Positions 16,382-25,540 of a stretch of 38,864 nucleotides of DNA are shown piece after piece. Position 1 is the stretch's first letter, and every line of letters begins with the position of its first letter. This DNA comes from Candidatus Shapirobacteria bacterium (lineage in GTDB: Bacteria > Patescibacteriota > Microgenomatia > UBA12405). Location of the stretch: positions 1 through 38,864 of the forward strand of contig JBAZTV010000004.1 of assembly GCA_041661765.1 (NCBI GenBank). Direction: 5' to 3'. Made by a program: the position numbers and the translations under genes. The notes beneath the pieces are model-generated. The model made no database searches. It worked only from the letters and a program-made list of their open reading frames with translations, and was not told the origin of the DNA.

Positions 16382-18925
16382 ATGGCAGATGAACAGGTAA
16401 TCATAAATATCAAGGTAACATCTGAAGAGATTTCAGAGGCTAACAAAAAGATTAATCAATTGACAGAATCTATTGAGGAGCTTAGCAATCAGACTGCATC
16501 GGCCCGTAAACAAAATGAATCCTATAAAGCTCAACAAAGGGAATTAATCGAACTTTATAGTCAAAATAAAATTTCTGCCGAAAAATATGATTCCGAAATC
16601 GACAAATTAAATGTCAAAATACAGGCAAATAACAAATTAATTGCTGAAAATACTGTTCATTTAAATGCCCAAAAAAATGAACGTACTGCTAATATTAAAT
16701 TAGTTGACTCTGAAACTGGAGCTTACACAAAGCTTTCCACAAATCTAAATAAGATTAGAAACGCTTATAAAGACCTGGTTGTAGAGAAAAAACACGATAC
16801 TGTAGAAGGTAAGGCAATGTTATTGCAAATCCAACAACTTGATGAACAGTTAAAAGAAGTTGACGCAACGGTTGGACAGCATCAAAGAAAAATAGGGCAA
16901 TATGAAAATGCAACAAAATCATTAAGGACTGAATTAAGAGAACTAAAACAAACCCTTTTCACCCTAGAAGAGGGCACTGAGGAATATAATAAAACATTAC
17001 AGCGTGCAGCTTTTTTGATGGACGAAATGGGAGATACCAACGCCCGAATTAAAGGAACAGCAATGGACTTTGAAGGCGTGATGGGTAATGTATCAAAAGT
17101 AACCCAAGGCGCAGCAAGTATGTTTGAAATCGCTCAGGGTGCGGAGGCTATTTTTGGAATAGAATCAGAAGATCTTGCAAAAACATTAGTGAAACTTCAG
17201 GCCGCAATGGCTATTGCAAACGGTTTACAAGGTCTTGATGGTATGGGTAAAGCAGTCAAAAACCTAGGTACTCAATTAATGCAATTCACAGCGGTTCAGA
17301 AAGTGGTTACAGCGGTTCAATGGTTGTGGAATGCTGCAATGAGTGCCAATCCTTTGGGTGTTGTGATTGTAGCGGTAACGGCTTTGATTGCCGGTATACG
17401 TGCGCTGGGAAATATTTTGGAAGACGATACAGAAAAATTAGATAAGGAGAGAACAGCATTAGACGGCGTTAAGTTTGCATCAAAAGAACTTGCTGATGCA
17501 CACAATGAACACATCGCTACAATGACTGAGTTAGGACAACAACTTGACGTGGTTACAGGAAAGATAACTGATTTCGATAAGGCGATGTTAGACCTAACCG
17601 AATCTTATAATGAAAGCCTTGTTAAAATAAGAGAGGATACCAAGAAAGAACTTGATGAGGTAGGGGGTTTCTGGGATTCGTTAAGAGACAAAAGAGGTTT
17701 GGACGGATTGAAAGAATTGATATGGCGTGAAGATAGGACAAAGAAAGTTTTACAAACATACAAAGATCAGCATCAAAAAGAACGCGATGCAACTGAAAAA
17801 TATAACATCGGAGCTAAATTACTTAGAAAAAAAGAAGCTCAAAAATTAGAAAAAGATTCAGAAGCTCAAAATAAAAAAGATTCAGAAGCTGCAAAAAAAG
17901 CACGTGAACAGAGACTTAAAGAAGAAAGCGATATCCTTAACGAAAATGTCTCATCAATATCTCCGTCAACACCATTCTCCGAACAACAAGAAGCGGAGAT
18001 AGAAGCAGAAAGAAAAAAAGCAGAAGATCTTGAAGCAATAAAAGCTGAATTTGCACAAAAGGACTTGGAGAATGCAGAAGCTGAAAGAGAAAGGAAAGAG
18101 ATTGACAGTCAATGGGAAATTGATAACGAAAAATGGAAAGATGACCAACTAATAGCAGAAAAGGCAAGGTTAGAACAGGCAAAAAAAGACTTGGAGGAAA
18201 GCGCTTGGGTAGCTGGTGAAGAAATAATCACAAACCTTGCTGATGCTTCTATGGATGAAAAATTATCGAAAATTAAGGCAGATTCAGAGGCTCAACAGGA
18301 AATATTAAAGAATCAGTTGGACAAAGGCTTAATTACAGAGGCGGATTACAATACTAAATTAGCGGCATTAAAAAAACAAACAAGTATCGATGAAGCAAAG
18401 GCTACCAAGAAGAAAGCGCTCTATGAAATTGCTATAGCCACATTAGTTGCAGCGGTGAAGGCGCTTCCTAATCTTATATTGTCAGCTTATGCACTTGCTC
18501 AGGGTGCGATACAAGCCGCTGTTGTTGCAGCAAAGCCAATACCAACTTTTGGGGGTGGTGTAAACAATATTGTTTCAATTGGTAATTCACATGCATCAGG
18601 TAATGATGTGGATGTATGGGGTTTTTCCGGGAACAAAAAACAATTCTTTGGAAAGGTTGAAAGAGGTGAAGCTATGCCTGTCATCAGAAAGTCGGCTGTA
18701 AACGACTATCAAATTGCGAAATTAAACGGTAAATTTTCATCAAATAACAGGACTTTTGCAAATGGAACTAATGACATAGTGCAGAATAGCCAGCAAATTG
18801 ACAGTAAAGAACTGTTAAATAATATGATGGTTGCCTTCTCTAATGTCAATATTGTGGCAAAAATTGAAGATATTACCAAACAAGCTGGAAGGAAGATGGA
18901 AATAATTGATAACTCTAAGGTTTAA
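16382..18925 (+). CDS. tape measure-like protein (847 aa)
   Basis: It is the longest ORF, with extensive coiled-coil (K/E/Q/L-rich) regions. It has central hydrophobic segments (VQWLWNAAMSANPLGVVIVAVTALIAGI) and a second hydrophobic patch near aa 690-720, both typical of TMPs. Confidence 0.65.
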   Translation: MADEQVIINIKVTSEEISEANKKINQLTESIEELSNQTASARKQNESYKAQQRELIELYSQNKISAEKYDSEIDKLNVKIQANNKLIAENTVHLNAQKNERTANIKLVDSETGAYTKLSTNLNKIRNAYKDLVVEKKHDTVEGKAMLLQIQQLDEQLKEVDATVGQHQRKIGQYENATKSLRTELRELKQTLFTLEEGTEEYNKTLQRAAFLMDEMGDTNARIKGTAMDFEGVMGNVSKVTQGAASMFEIAQGAEAIFGIESEDLAKTLVKLQAAMAIANGLQGLDGMGKAVKNLGTQLMQFTAVQKVVTAVQWLWNAAMSANPLGVVIVAVTALIAGIRALGNILEDDTEKLDKERTALDGVKFASKELADAHNEHIATMTELGQQLDVVTGKITDFDKAMLDLTESYNESLVKIREDTKKELDEVGGFWDSLRDKRGLDGLKELIWREDRTKKVLQTYKDQHQKERDATEKYNIGAKLLRKKEAQKLEKDSEAQNKKDSEAAKKAREQRLKEESDILNENVSSISPSTPFSEQQEAEIEAERKKAEDLEAIKAEFAQKDLENAEAERERKEIDSQWEIDNEKWKDDQLIAEKARLEQAKKDLEESAWVAGEEIITNLADASMDEKLSKIKADSEAQQEILKNQLDKGLITEADYNTKLAALKKQTSIDEAKATKKKALYEIAIATLVAAVKALPNLILSAYALAQGAIQAAVVAAKPIPTFGGGVNNIVSIGNSHASGNDVDVWGFSGNKKQFFGKVERGEAMPVIRKSAVNDYQIAKLNGKFSSNNRTFANGTNDIVQNSQQIDSKELLNNMMVAFSNVNIVAKIEDITKQAGRKMEIIDNSKV

Positions 18926-19118
18926 TTTTAGGACTCAAATGTTTTATTCTATAAAGCTCCAAATCCTCTGCCTTTATCCTATATTCAGCCCTTGCACCTC
19001 TCATTATTACAATTGCATTAAGCTTTTCCTTGTCTTTTCCGATGCCATCCCGGATATATTTCCTTACGGCTGCATCGCAAACGAATAGTTTTTTCGCTGC
19101 TTCTTTTGTTGTCATCAT
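18915..19118 (-). CDS. excisionase/MerR-like helix-turn-helix DNA-binding protein (67 aa)
   Basis: MTTKEAAKKLFVCDAAVRKYIRDG ... fits the HTH_17-type pattern. Its 3' end overlaps the convergent TMP gene by 11 nt. Confidence 0.55.
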   Translation of the reverse strand: MMTTKEAAKKLFVCDAAVRKYIRDGIGKDKEKLNAIVIMRGARAEYRIKAEDLELYRIKHLSPKIKP

Positions 19119-19119
19119 T

Positions 19120-19350
19120 TCAATATTCCTCCGTTTCGATTAATTTATAATCATTATCTTTTAATAATTTTATCAACTTTTCAGAACAATCTTTGCATAA
19201 ATGCATTTCCGTTGTTTTTTCATAGCCAACATCTTCCCGAATTGTATCATATACAGTTTCTCTTATCATTAATTCACAATCAAATGTAGTATAATCATTT
19301 CTATCAGGAATTGCATTTGTACACTTGTGGCAATGTTTAACATCATCCAT
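19120..19350 (-). CDS. zinc-ribbon protein (76 aa)
   Basis: Two CxxC pairs (CHKC ... CKDC). It lies 1 nt upstream of the HTH gene. Confidence 0.55.
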   Translation of the reverse strand: MDDVKHCHKCTNAIPDRNDYTTFDCELMIRETVYDTIREDVGYEKTTEMHLCKDCSEKLIKLLKDNDYKLIETEEY

Positions 19351-19435
19351 TTCTTTACTTTTTAAGTGGAGTTGAGTAATAAGCTGATTTTAAATTTTAT
19401 TACTCTGTAAATTTCTGTCATATATCTGTTTTAAA

Positions 19436-19792
19436 TTATTTATAAAAGTTTTTTCTGAAATCACCAAAACCATACACATGATAAAGATAGCCTTCAATTT
19501 CAAAAAATACAACCTCTTTAAGAACCAAGAAATCTCTTACAGTATTGCCGATAGGATATTTATTAATAATTCTATAGTCAGCGTGGTATCCGTATTTGAA
19601 GTTTTTATCCCAGGCTATTAATATTTCCCTTTCAATATAATCGCCTAATCTTACTCCATTTTCTTTTGCATAATTTATAATTGATACTGATTCTTCGGCT
19701 GTGTAAGAATATAAATTTCTTCCAATGAAACCTAATTCTTTATCAATAAGTTTTCTTATTAATCTATCTTTTATTTTTTTAAATATTTTCAT
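19436..19792 (-). CDS. hypothetical protein (118 aa from ATG at 19792)
   Basis: Internal Met of track ORF 19436..19915. A minus-strand TATATTTG box lies 16 nt upstream. The longer track version would overlap the plus-strand promoter and the protease gene start. Confidence 0.6.
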   Translation of the reverse strand: MKIFKKIKDRLIRKLIDKELGFIGRNLYSYTAEESVSIINYAKENGVRLGDYIEREILIAWDKNFKYGYHADYRIINKYPIGNTVRDFLVLKEVVFFEIEGYLYHVYGFGDFRKNFYK

Positions 19793-19808
19793 AAGTATAA
19801 ATTTTTTA

Positions 19809-19816
19809 CAAATATA
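19809..19816 (-). promoter_or_regulatory. minus-strand TATATTTG -7 box
   Basis: The plus strand reads CAAATATA, so the minus strand matches TAnnTTTG. Confidence 0.45.
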
Positions 19817-19881
19817 AGCATAATTTATATAAATCACGTAATGAAATAGGATTATTTTATCAAAATCCCAAAAATGTAAAC

Positions 19882-19889
19882 TAAATTTG
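19882..19889 (+). promoter_or_regulatory. TAAATTTG -7 box for the head operon
   Basis: Matches TAnnTTTG, 19 nt upstream of ATG 19909. It is divergent from the minus-strand box. Confidence 0.5.
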
Positions 19890-19908
19890 ATTAAAATTTT
19901 GACGCTAC

Positions 19909-21024
19909 ATGGCAAAACCTATTCTATTGTATACTTCAATTTGGGAGGAACAAGCTGAAAGTATTACAAATCAAATATTAGAAGCTCCCGAAAATGAGCC
20001 TATTGATATTTGGATGAACACCCCAGGCGGATCAGTTACAGCGGGATGGACAATAATGGCCGCCTTAAATGAGAAAAAACAAGATGTTAATTTTACCGTT
20101 TTAGGTGATGCCTCAAGTATGGGCGCAATCATGCTTTTATTTGGCAAATATAATAAAGCTTATGATGTATCTAATTTTCTATTTCATAGAGCTGCAAGCT
20201 TTTGGGAAGATGTAATGTCCGAAGATGAGCTTAAAGACATCGAAAATAGGAATAAGATTATCAGAAAAAAAATGTCTGCAAGGGTTGATGAAGCTTTATT
20301 TTCAGAAGTCACTGGAAAAACCTTTGATGACATGTTCAGTATGGATGACAGATTGGACATAAGATTGACAGCCCAACAAGCTAAAAAAATAGGCTTAATT
20401 GATGAAATAGTTAAACTCGACGTAAGGAAAAAAGCTGAAATAGAAAGCAGATTTATGCAGGATTTAGCGGCAATTTCCTATCCTGAAAATGTAATCACTA
20501 ACAAAGTTAATATAATGGGAAAATTATCAGATCTGATTTTTGGTGAAAAAGATTCCCTTTTGGTCGCTCAAATTGGAGAAACCCAATTTGTATATACCAA
20601 ATTGGACAAAGGATCCAAAATAAAAGCAATTGGCAAGGATGCAAAGCCAATTAGCGGCACATTTGAGGCCGAAAACAAAAGCATCACAGTAGTTGAGAAC
20701 GAGATCACAGCTATTGCAGAAGTGAATAAGGATAAAGCTGAATTGGAAGCTGTAAAAGCTGAATTGAAAGCTTTAAAAGAATCTCAAATTACAGCCGAAG
20801 ATGTGGCCGAAGTTCTTGTAAAAATGCAGGAAAAACAGGACGCTGAAATTGCAGCCTTAAAAGCTGAATTTTCAAAAGCCAAAATAACCGCTTCAAATCC
20901 TAAATTGCCATTGGGCGAATTTAAACAGGAAATGAAAAAGGAAGATGGCATGACCAGGCGTGAAAAAATTGAAGCCGTACAAAAAGAAATGTACGAAGCT
21001 AAACTAAAGAATAAGGAGGCTTAA
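19909..21024 (+). CDS. ClpP/S14-type prohead protease fused to a coiled-coil scaffold-like C-terminal half
   Basis: NTPGGSVTAGWTIMAAL, GDASSMGAIMLLFG and FHRAAS reproduce the ClpP Ser/His blocks. The C-terminal ~170 aa are A/E/K-rich coiled coil. It lies directly upstream of the capsid candidate. Confidence 0.8.
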   Translation: MAKPILLYTSIWEEQAESITNQILEAPENEPIDIWMNTPGGSVTAGWTIMAALNEKKQDVNFTVLGDASSMGAIMLLFGKYNKAYDVSNFLFHRAASFWEDVMSEDELKDIENRNKIIRKKMSARVDEALFSEVTGKTFDDMFSMDDRLDIRLTAQQAKKIGLIDEIVKLDVRKKAEIESRFMQDLAAISYPENVITNKVNIMGKLSDLIFGEKDSLLVAQIGETQFVYTKLDKGSKIKAIGKDAKPISGTFEAENKSITVVENEITAIAEVNKDKAELEAVKAELKALKESQITAEDVAEVLVKMQEKQDAEIAALKAEFSKAKITASNPKLPLGEFKQEMKKEDGMTRREKIEAVQKEMYEAKLKNKEA

Positions 21025-21027
21025 GAA

Positions 21028-21978
21028 ATGGCAGATACTTTTGTAAGCACCAATTACAATGGTGAATTGAATGATTACCTTTATAAGGTAATGGGATTAG
21101 GAAATGAAACAGCTCAAAAAGGTGGTTATCACTTAATACCTGATGTAGCAATGAAGGAAGAATTGGATTATTTGGAAACAACCGAAGATCCATTTACAGA
21201 TTATGTTGATGATACCCCATCAACTGGCGCAACCGCAACTACTATGAAAAAAAGGGAATTAAGCCCTTTGAAATTTACAGTTTGGGGACAAATCACACCG
21301 TCTGCATGGCTTCCTATTTGGAGGAAATACCGTTCAATTGGAACATTAACCCAACTTAGCGCAAACCCTCAATTCTTGGCAGATGTTTTTGAATTAATTA
21401 AAAATGCAAGCGCAAGGCAACTTGATAAGTTATTCTGGCAAGGTAATACCGCCGCCGGAGCAAGTTCTCCACTTCGTTTCTTCGACGGAATTATCAAAAA
21501 GATTGAAGCTAATTCTGATACAAATGTAAATTTTGTGACCGCTGCTGGTACCATTACACAATCAAACGTTGTGGCAATACTTGAAGCTTTTTACGCTGCA
21601 ATTCCAAACAAGTTTTTTGATGATCCTGATTTTACAATCATGATGAATACCGGAGACTTTAAGTTATTACAATATTTCAATAACTCCGTGAAGTCTACAA
21701 CTGTAGGTGTTTTAGATGAAAGCATTAAAAGGTTATTCTTAGAAAAAAGAATACAGCATTTTAATAATTTACCAGCCTCCAGAATTGTAGGTGCAAAAAC
21801 TTCAAACGCTCCAAGTTCAAACCTTGTGCTGGGAATGTACGCAGACCTAGAAAGCGAAATCATGGGATTGAAAGTTGAGAAAAAAGAACTTTCAAACATA
21901 ACAAGATATCGTTTTGACGGTATGGCAGATACTCAGTATCGCTTTGGTGGGGATATTGTTTATTACAAACCAGCTTAA
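21028..21978 (+). CDS. candidate major capsid protein (316 aa)
   Basis: It immediately follows the protease/scaffold gene, has a strong AAGGAGG 8 nt upstream of the ATG, and its size fits the HK97 fold. No motif-level proof. Confidence 0.55.
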   Translation: MADTFVSTNYNGELNDYLYKVMGLGNETAQKGGYHLIPDVAMKEELDYLETTEDPFTDYVDDTPSTGATATTMKKRELSPLKFTVWGQITPSAWLPIWRKYRSIGTLTQLSANPQFLADVFELIKNASARQLDKLFWQGNTAAGASSPLRFFDGIIKKIEANSDTNVNFVTAAGTITQSNVVAILEAFYAAIPNKFFDDPDFTIMMNTGDFKLLQYFNNSVKSTTVGVLDESIKRLFLEKRIQHFNNLPASRIVGAKTSNAPSSNLVLGMYADLESEIMGLKVEKKELSNITRYRFDGMADTQYRFGGDIVYYKPA

Positions 21979-21996
21979 TTATAGGGAGGATATACT

Positions 21997-22353
21997 ATGT
22001 ATAGAAATAGAAATTTCGTAGCTCAAACGCTTACAGACGCAGGTGTTATTTATTTAAACCCACAACATGCACTGGAAGATGTGTTTGAAGGCTCGATTCA
22101 ATTTACTGCAACCGGAACAAAAGCTACAGGAACATTTGCGGCATCTTGTCAATTGCAGGGTTCAAACTCTGTTGATTTCTCAACTGGGGTTGTTAATTTA
22201 GGTTCAGCAGTTGTTTTGTCTGATACTGTTTTAGGTTCAATCCCTTTAAGTGGAAACTCTTTGAATTTCGCTTATTATAGGGTTGCAATTACAGGTTCAG
22301 GTACGCAATCAACATCTGTTGTAGGTACTTACACAGCTAAAGGAAGGAACTAA
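21997..22353 (+). CDS. hypothetical structural protein (118 aa)
   Basis: GGGAGG lies 7 nt upstream. The protein is Gly/Ser/Thr-rich and beta-like. Confidence 0.7.
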   Translation: MYRNRNFVAQTLTDAGVIYLNPQHALEDVFEGSIQFTATGTKATGTFAASCQLQGSNSVDFSTGVVNLGSAVVLSDTVLGSIPLSGNSLNFAYYRVAITGSGTQSTSVVGTYTAKGRN

Positions 22354-22354
22354 T

Positions 22355-22936
22355 ATGAATTGCTTAATAGATACAGGATCTCTGCTAACTTGCGGAGATC
22401 CACCAATTGGGGGAGTTCAGAACTTTGTAATGTTATATAATTATACCGAGTGGCGCGCAATGGTTGACGCTGGTTTAGTCATTAGAGATAATGATGGAAC
22501 AGTAAGCGACATTGTTAACGCAGCAGGTATACAGGCATTCAGGTTTGATGTTCCCGATGAAACCGCCCTTGTCTTAGGATCGCCAGATAGACTTGTGGAC
22601 GGTGGTATGGATGGATACGATCATCAATTGAACATGTCAATTATAAACACTAAGCAAGTGCAAAAGAATGTTTTAAAGGCTATGGCCTTCGAGAAATGCG
22701 TTGCAGTTGTTTATAAGAAAAATGGAACTGGTGAGGTTTACGGAGATGAACAAGGTTTGAAATCAACCACAAACACTTATAATCCAAATTCCCCAGCAAC
22801 CGGATCTGTTATTCCTGTTCAATTAGCTACATCAACACGTACGGCTTGCGAAAACAGGATGCCTGTCGATGTATTCAAGACCGATGCAGCAACTACCAAG
22901 GCCTTAATTTTAGGACTTGAAATACCTGGAGTTTAA
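22355..22936 (+). CDS. hypothetical structural protein (193 aa), candidate tail tube by position only
   Basis: AGGAAGGA lies upstream. Long ORF in the head-proximal operon. Confidence 0.7.
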   Translation: MNCLIDTGSLLTCGDPPIGGVQNFVMLYNYTEWRAMVDAGLVIRDNDGTVSDIVNAAGIQAFRFDVPDETALVLGSPDRLVDGGMDGYDHQLNMSIINTKQVQKNVLKAMAFEKCVAVVYKKNGTGEVYGDEQGLKSTTNTYNPNSPATGSVIPVQLATSTRTACENRMPVDVFKTDAATTKALILGLEIPGV

Positions 22937-22958
22937 TTTCATCTTAATATAATTTGAT

Positions 22959-23189
22959 ATGGCAAAGAAATACGAAGAAAAACAGGAAAGTACTGAACCA
23001 ATCGAAGAAAAAAAGATTGAAGAAACTGCAAAGGTTTACAAGGTGAAAACTGGACTTGGATTTGAAAATGGTAAAAGGTCTTTTTTTGAAGATGGCAGGA
23101 ATATCCTTTTAGTTGAGGGTGAAACTGTATCTGAAGAAGATTACAACATTTTCAATGAACGGGCAAAAGAACTCTTTTTTGAATCATAG
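22959..23189 (+). CDS. hypothetical acidic protein (76 aa)
   Basis: ORF followed by a strong terminator. Confidence 0.6.
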   Translation: MAKKYEEKQESTEPIEEKKIEETAKVYKVKTGLGFENGKRSFFEDGRNILLVEGETVSEEDYNIFNERAKELFFES

Positions 23190-23217
23190 GTACTACTTTA
23201 AATTTTGATTTTCATTG

Positions 23218-23254
23218 AAAAAATCCCGTTCCGGTTACACGGGCGGGATTTTTT
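23218..23254 (+). terminator. Rho-independent terminator (A-tract / GC stem / T-tract)
   Basis: AAAAAATCCCG (23218-23228) pairs with CGGGATTTTTT (23244-23254). Confidence 0.75.
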
Positions 23255-23269
23255 ATTATAACTAAAATC

Positions 23270-24595
23270 ATGGCAGACATACAAGGAAAATTCAATTTTG
23301 ACAATGAACAAAATAATGATGAACGAAAACCACAAATCCAGGTAAATAGCTTAGATTATTTGGTTTCGGTTGATCGCCTTCCAATATTCAGGAGCCAGGC
23401 ACAAGGCATTTATTTATATGGCATTGACAATAATTATCCCAGAAAAATAATGCAATCAGCTGATCGATGCTCTTCATTAGTAACAGTTAGGAATAAGCAA
23501 GCCCAATTTATACAGGGATTAGGATTTCCGGGCGCAACCGCTCTGGATGTGAAAAAAGGGACCGCAATAGTAATAAATACTAAAGGACAAACAGCATACG
23601 ACTTATTAAGATTCTGTTCTATTCAAAAAAGCAATATCAACATTGCAATACATGTTAATTACAATGCACTTGGTGAGGCTGTTGAGTTTACACCAGTTCA
23701 GTATGATTTTGTAAGGCGAAAAGTAAATCTATTAAACGAAGATTTTGACAGGCATATCATTACTAACATTTGGCATCTTGAAAATGATTATACTGGATAC
23801 GGTTTTGCAGCAAAAATACAAGAGTTTAACAAATGGATGAACAAAAAAAAGCATAAATTAAGCTTTATTGCCTTGGAATGCTTCGATTATAATCCAGATC
23901 CTTTGGTTGTACGCGAACAAATAGAATTAAGCGGAGGAATTGAAAATTATTCAGGTCAATTATTTTACATGAAAAGAACTGAAGATGTCTATCAAAAGGC
24001 ATTGTATGATTCCGTTGCAGATAAGTATCAATTCCTTTCTGAATGCGATTTGGCAAGCCTTTCAAATATTCAAAATGGATATTCTGCATCAGGTATATTA
24101 AAGTATTTTGGCACGCTTTCAGGAACACGGGAGGTTGCGGACGCAATTAAGAAAATAAATCAAACCAAGGGCGCAAATAATACCGGGCGAATCATTACAA
24201 TGCCATTCACTCCTGGAGCTGATAATAATATACCAACGAATATATTTGAACCTACGGAAATGCAGAATATTGACAAGTTGTATACTGACCAAGTAAATAG
24301 GGCAGAAATAGGCATACAAAGCTTATTTTCATGTCCAAATGCTTTAATTGGTAAGGATACCGAAGGCAATTTTGCCACTCAAAAAATGCAAGAAACTTTC
24401 GAATATTATAATTCCATCACAGAGCCATTGAGGCAGGAACTTGAAATTGAATTAACCAGGCTTTTTTCAAACTCAGTTTTTGCAAGTCAATTAAAATTAC
24501 CCATAGAAATTGAGCCTTTGCAATTTATTTCAAAAATAAAAACTATTGAATCAACTAATACACAAAGCAATGAAGATACTAGCATCGATAAATGA
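23270..24595 (+). CDS. candidate portal protein (441 aa)
   Basis: This is the only ORF of portal size in the head region that has no other assignment. No motif proof. Confidence 0.4.
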   Translation: MADIQGKFNFDNEQNNDERKPQIQVNSLDYLVSVDRLPIFRSQAQGIYLYGIDNNYPRKIMQSADRCSSLVTVRNKQAQFIQGLGFPGATALDVKKGTAIVINTKGQTAYDLLRFCSIQKSNINIAIHVNYNALGEAVEFTPVQYDFVRRKVNLLNEDFDRHIITNIWHLENDYTGYGFAAKIQEFNKWMNKKKHKLSFIALECFDYNPDPLVVREQIELSGGIENYSGQLFYMKRTEDVYQKALYDSVADKYQFLSECDLASLSNIQNGYSASGILKYFGTLSGTREVADAIKKINQTKGANNTGRIITMPFTPGADNNIPTNIFEPTEMQNIDKLYTDQVNRAEIGIQSLFSCPNALIGKDTEGNFATQKMQETFEYYNSITEPLRQELEIELTRLFSNSVFASQLKLPIEIEPLQFISKIKTIESTNTQSNEDTSIDK

Positions 24596-25301
24596 TATTC
24601 GCAAATACAGGCAACTTGGAAAACAATTAAATCAGGATAATTTCGAGGGACGTATAAGAGAAATTCAGGAAAATGAACTAACTGAATTGTTAGGACGGGC
24701 TTTGTCGTATGAGTTTTTCAATTCACTCGAAACCGGATGGACCAACATTGCACATACATTTGAGCGTGTTTCGGATACTCAATTTAAGGTTTTGGCAGTT
24801 GATTTGACCGCAACTATATTAGCAGGGTATGCAATTCGTGTGAATGAAAACACCTTTGCAATTGTCAAAACATGCACTTTTGATACCACAGACACGATAA
24901 TAGAAGTTGAGGGATACGAATTGCCATCCACTTTAACTTCGATTGACTACAAGGCCGAAAACAAGTATATTTATCTTTTGAATGGAAGCGTTTATACAAA
25001 AGATTCTGAAACTTTTCAGTTTAATGGTTTGCGCCCGTTCATTTCTTGGAAATTCTTAGCGGTGTTTGTGGCAGACGGAGACGTAAAACATTCCGATACG
25101 GGTAACTTTTCAATTACTTCACCTAATTTTGAAAGACCGTCAAACGCTTCAATAAATGCCGCAAAATCGACTTATCTTGAAAACTCAGTTCGTGAAGAAA
25201 ATAATATCATTGATTATCTTGATGGGAAAAACGCAGATTTTCCGCTTTGGAAATCTAAGCAAAAAGAAAACACCCAAAATTATAATTTCATTGTGATCTA
25301 A
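24570..25301 (+). CDS. hypothetical protein (243 aa from ATG 24570)
   Basis: In frame with track ORF 24546..25301, whose start is TTG. Confidence 0.7.
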   Translation: MKILASINDIRKYRQLGKQLNQDNFEGRIREIQENELTELLGRALSYEFFNSLETGWTNIAHTFERVSDTQFKVLAVDLTATILAGYAIRVNENTFAIVKTCTFDTTDTIIEVEGYELPSTLTSIDYKAENKYIYLLNGSVYTKDSETFQFNGLRPFISWKFLAVFVADGDVKHSDTGNFSITSPNFERPSNASINAAKSTYLENSVREENNIIDYLDGKNADFPLWKSKQKENTQNYNFIVI

Positions 25302-25340
25302 ATAGTGTTTTGTTTGTATTTGATTTGATTTTTGGTTTGG

Positions 25341-25366
25341 CCCTGGCTTTTTAGTCAGGGTTTTTT
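25341..25366 (+). terminator. Rho-independent-type terminator
   Basis: CCCTGGC / GTCAGGG stem (one mismatch) with a TTTTTA loop, followed by TTTTTT (25361-25366). Confidence 0.6.
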
Positions 25367-25382
25367 CATGCCTTTTTTAAAA

Positions 25383-25400
25383 ACATGATAAAAGTCATGT
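25383..25400. promoter_or_regulatory. 18-bp palindrome ACATGA-N6-TCATGT (operator candidate O1)
   Basis: Perfect dyad; a second near-copy lies at 25510-25527. Confidence 0.45.
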
Positions 25401-25402
25401 AA

Positions 25403-25540
25403 AACAAAGTTCTTGATGAAAATAAGGACTTTTTTCGGTATACAAAAGAAAGCACGGGAGGCCGCCCCAGTATTGGACAAAAGCCATATATCCCTAAGTT
25501 TTATTATAAACATGACAAAAATCATATTTTATTAAAATGA
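25403..25540 (+). pseudogene. Relic fragment of an AntA-like gene (no start codon, 45 codons)
   Basis: It translates to NKVLDENKDFFRYTKESTGGRPSIGQ.... Of 20 aligned residues, 12 are identical to LKEPKDFCTILYESTGGRPR of the intact gene downstream (nt 25691-25750). GGAGGCCGCCC is shared at the DNA level. Confidence 0.5.
25510..25527. promoter_or_regulatory. Near-palindrome ACATGA-N6-TCATAT (operator candidate O2)
   Basis: Same half-site and spacing as O1, 127 bp downstream of it and 50 nt upstream of ATG 25577. Confidence 0.4.

Noticed and set aside
17852-17890. 15-bp direct repeat AAAGATTCAGAAGCT (x2, 24 bp apart) in the tape-measure-like gene
   Set aside because: It encodes a duplicated KDSEA peptide in a low-complexity coiled-coil region. 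Such local duplication is common in tape-measure genes and is not a separate element.
18915-19118. Lysogeny module (excisionase implying an integrase or attP)
   Set aside because: No tyrosine or serine recombinase-like ORF and no CI-like repressor is visible anywhere in the window. The small HTH proteins alone do not support a temperate lifestyle call.
19351-19435. 8-bp inverted repeat GAGTAATA / TATTACTC between the minus-strand genes, as a terminator
   Set aside because: It has an AT-rich short stem and a 15-nt loop, with no U-tract on the minus strand. That is insufficient to call a terminator or an operator.
25309-25340. TTTG-rich tract (GTTTTGTTTGTATTTGATTTGATTTTTGGTTTGG) after the 243-aa gene
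   Set aside because: It is low-complexity G/T sequence immediately preceding a terminator hairpin. It has no regular period or dyad, and I cannot support a function beyond terminator context.
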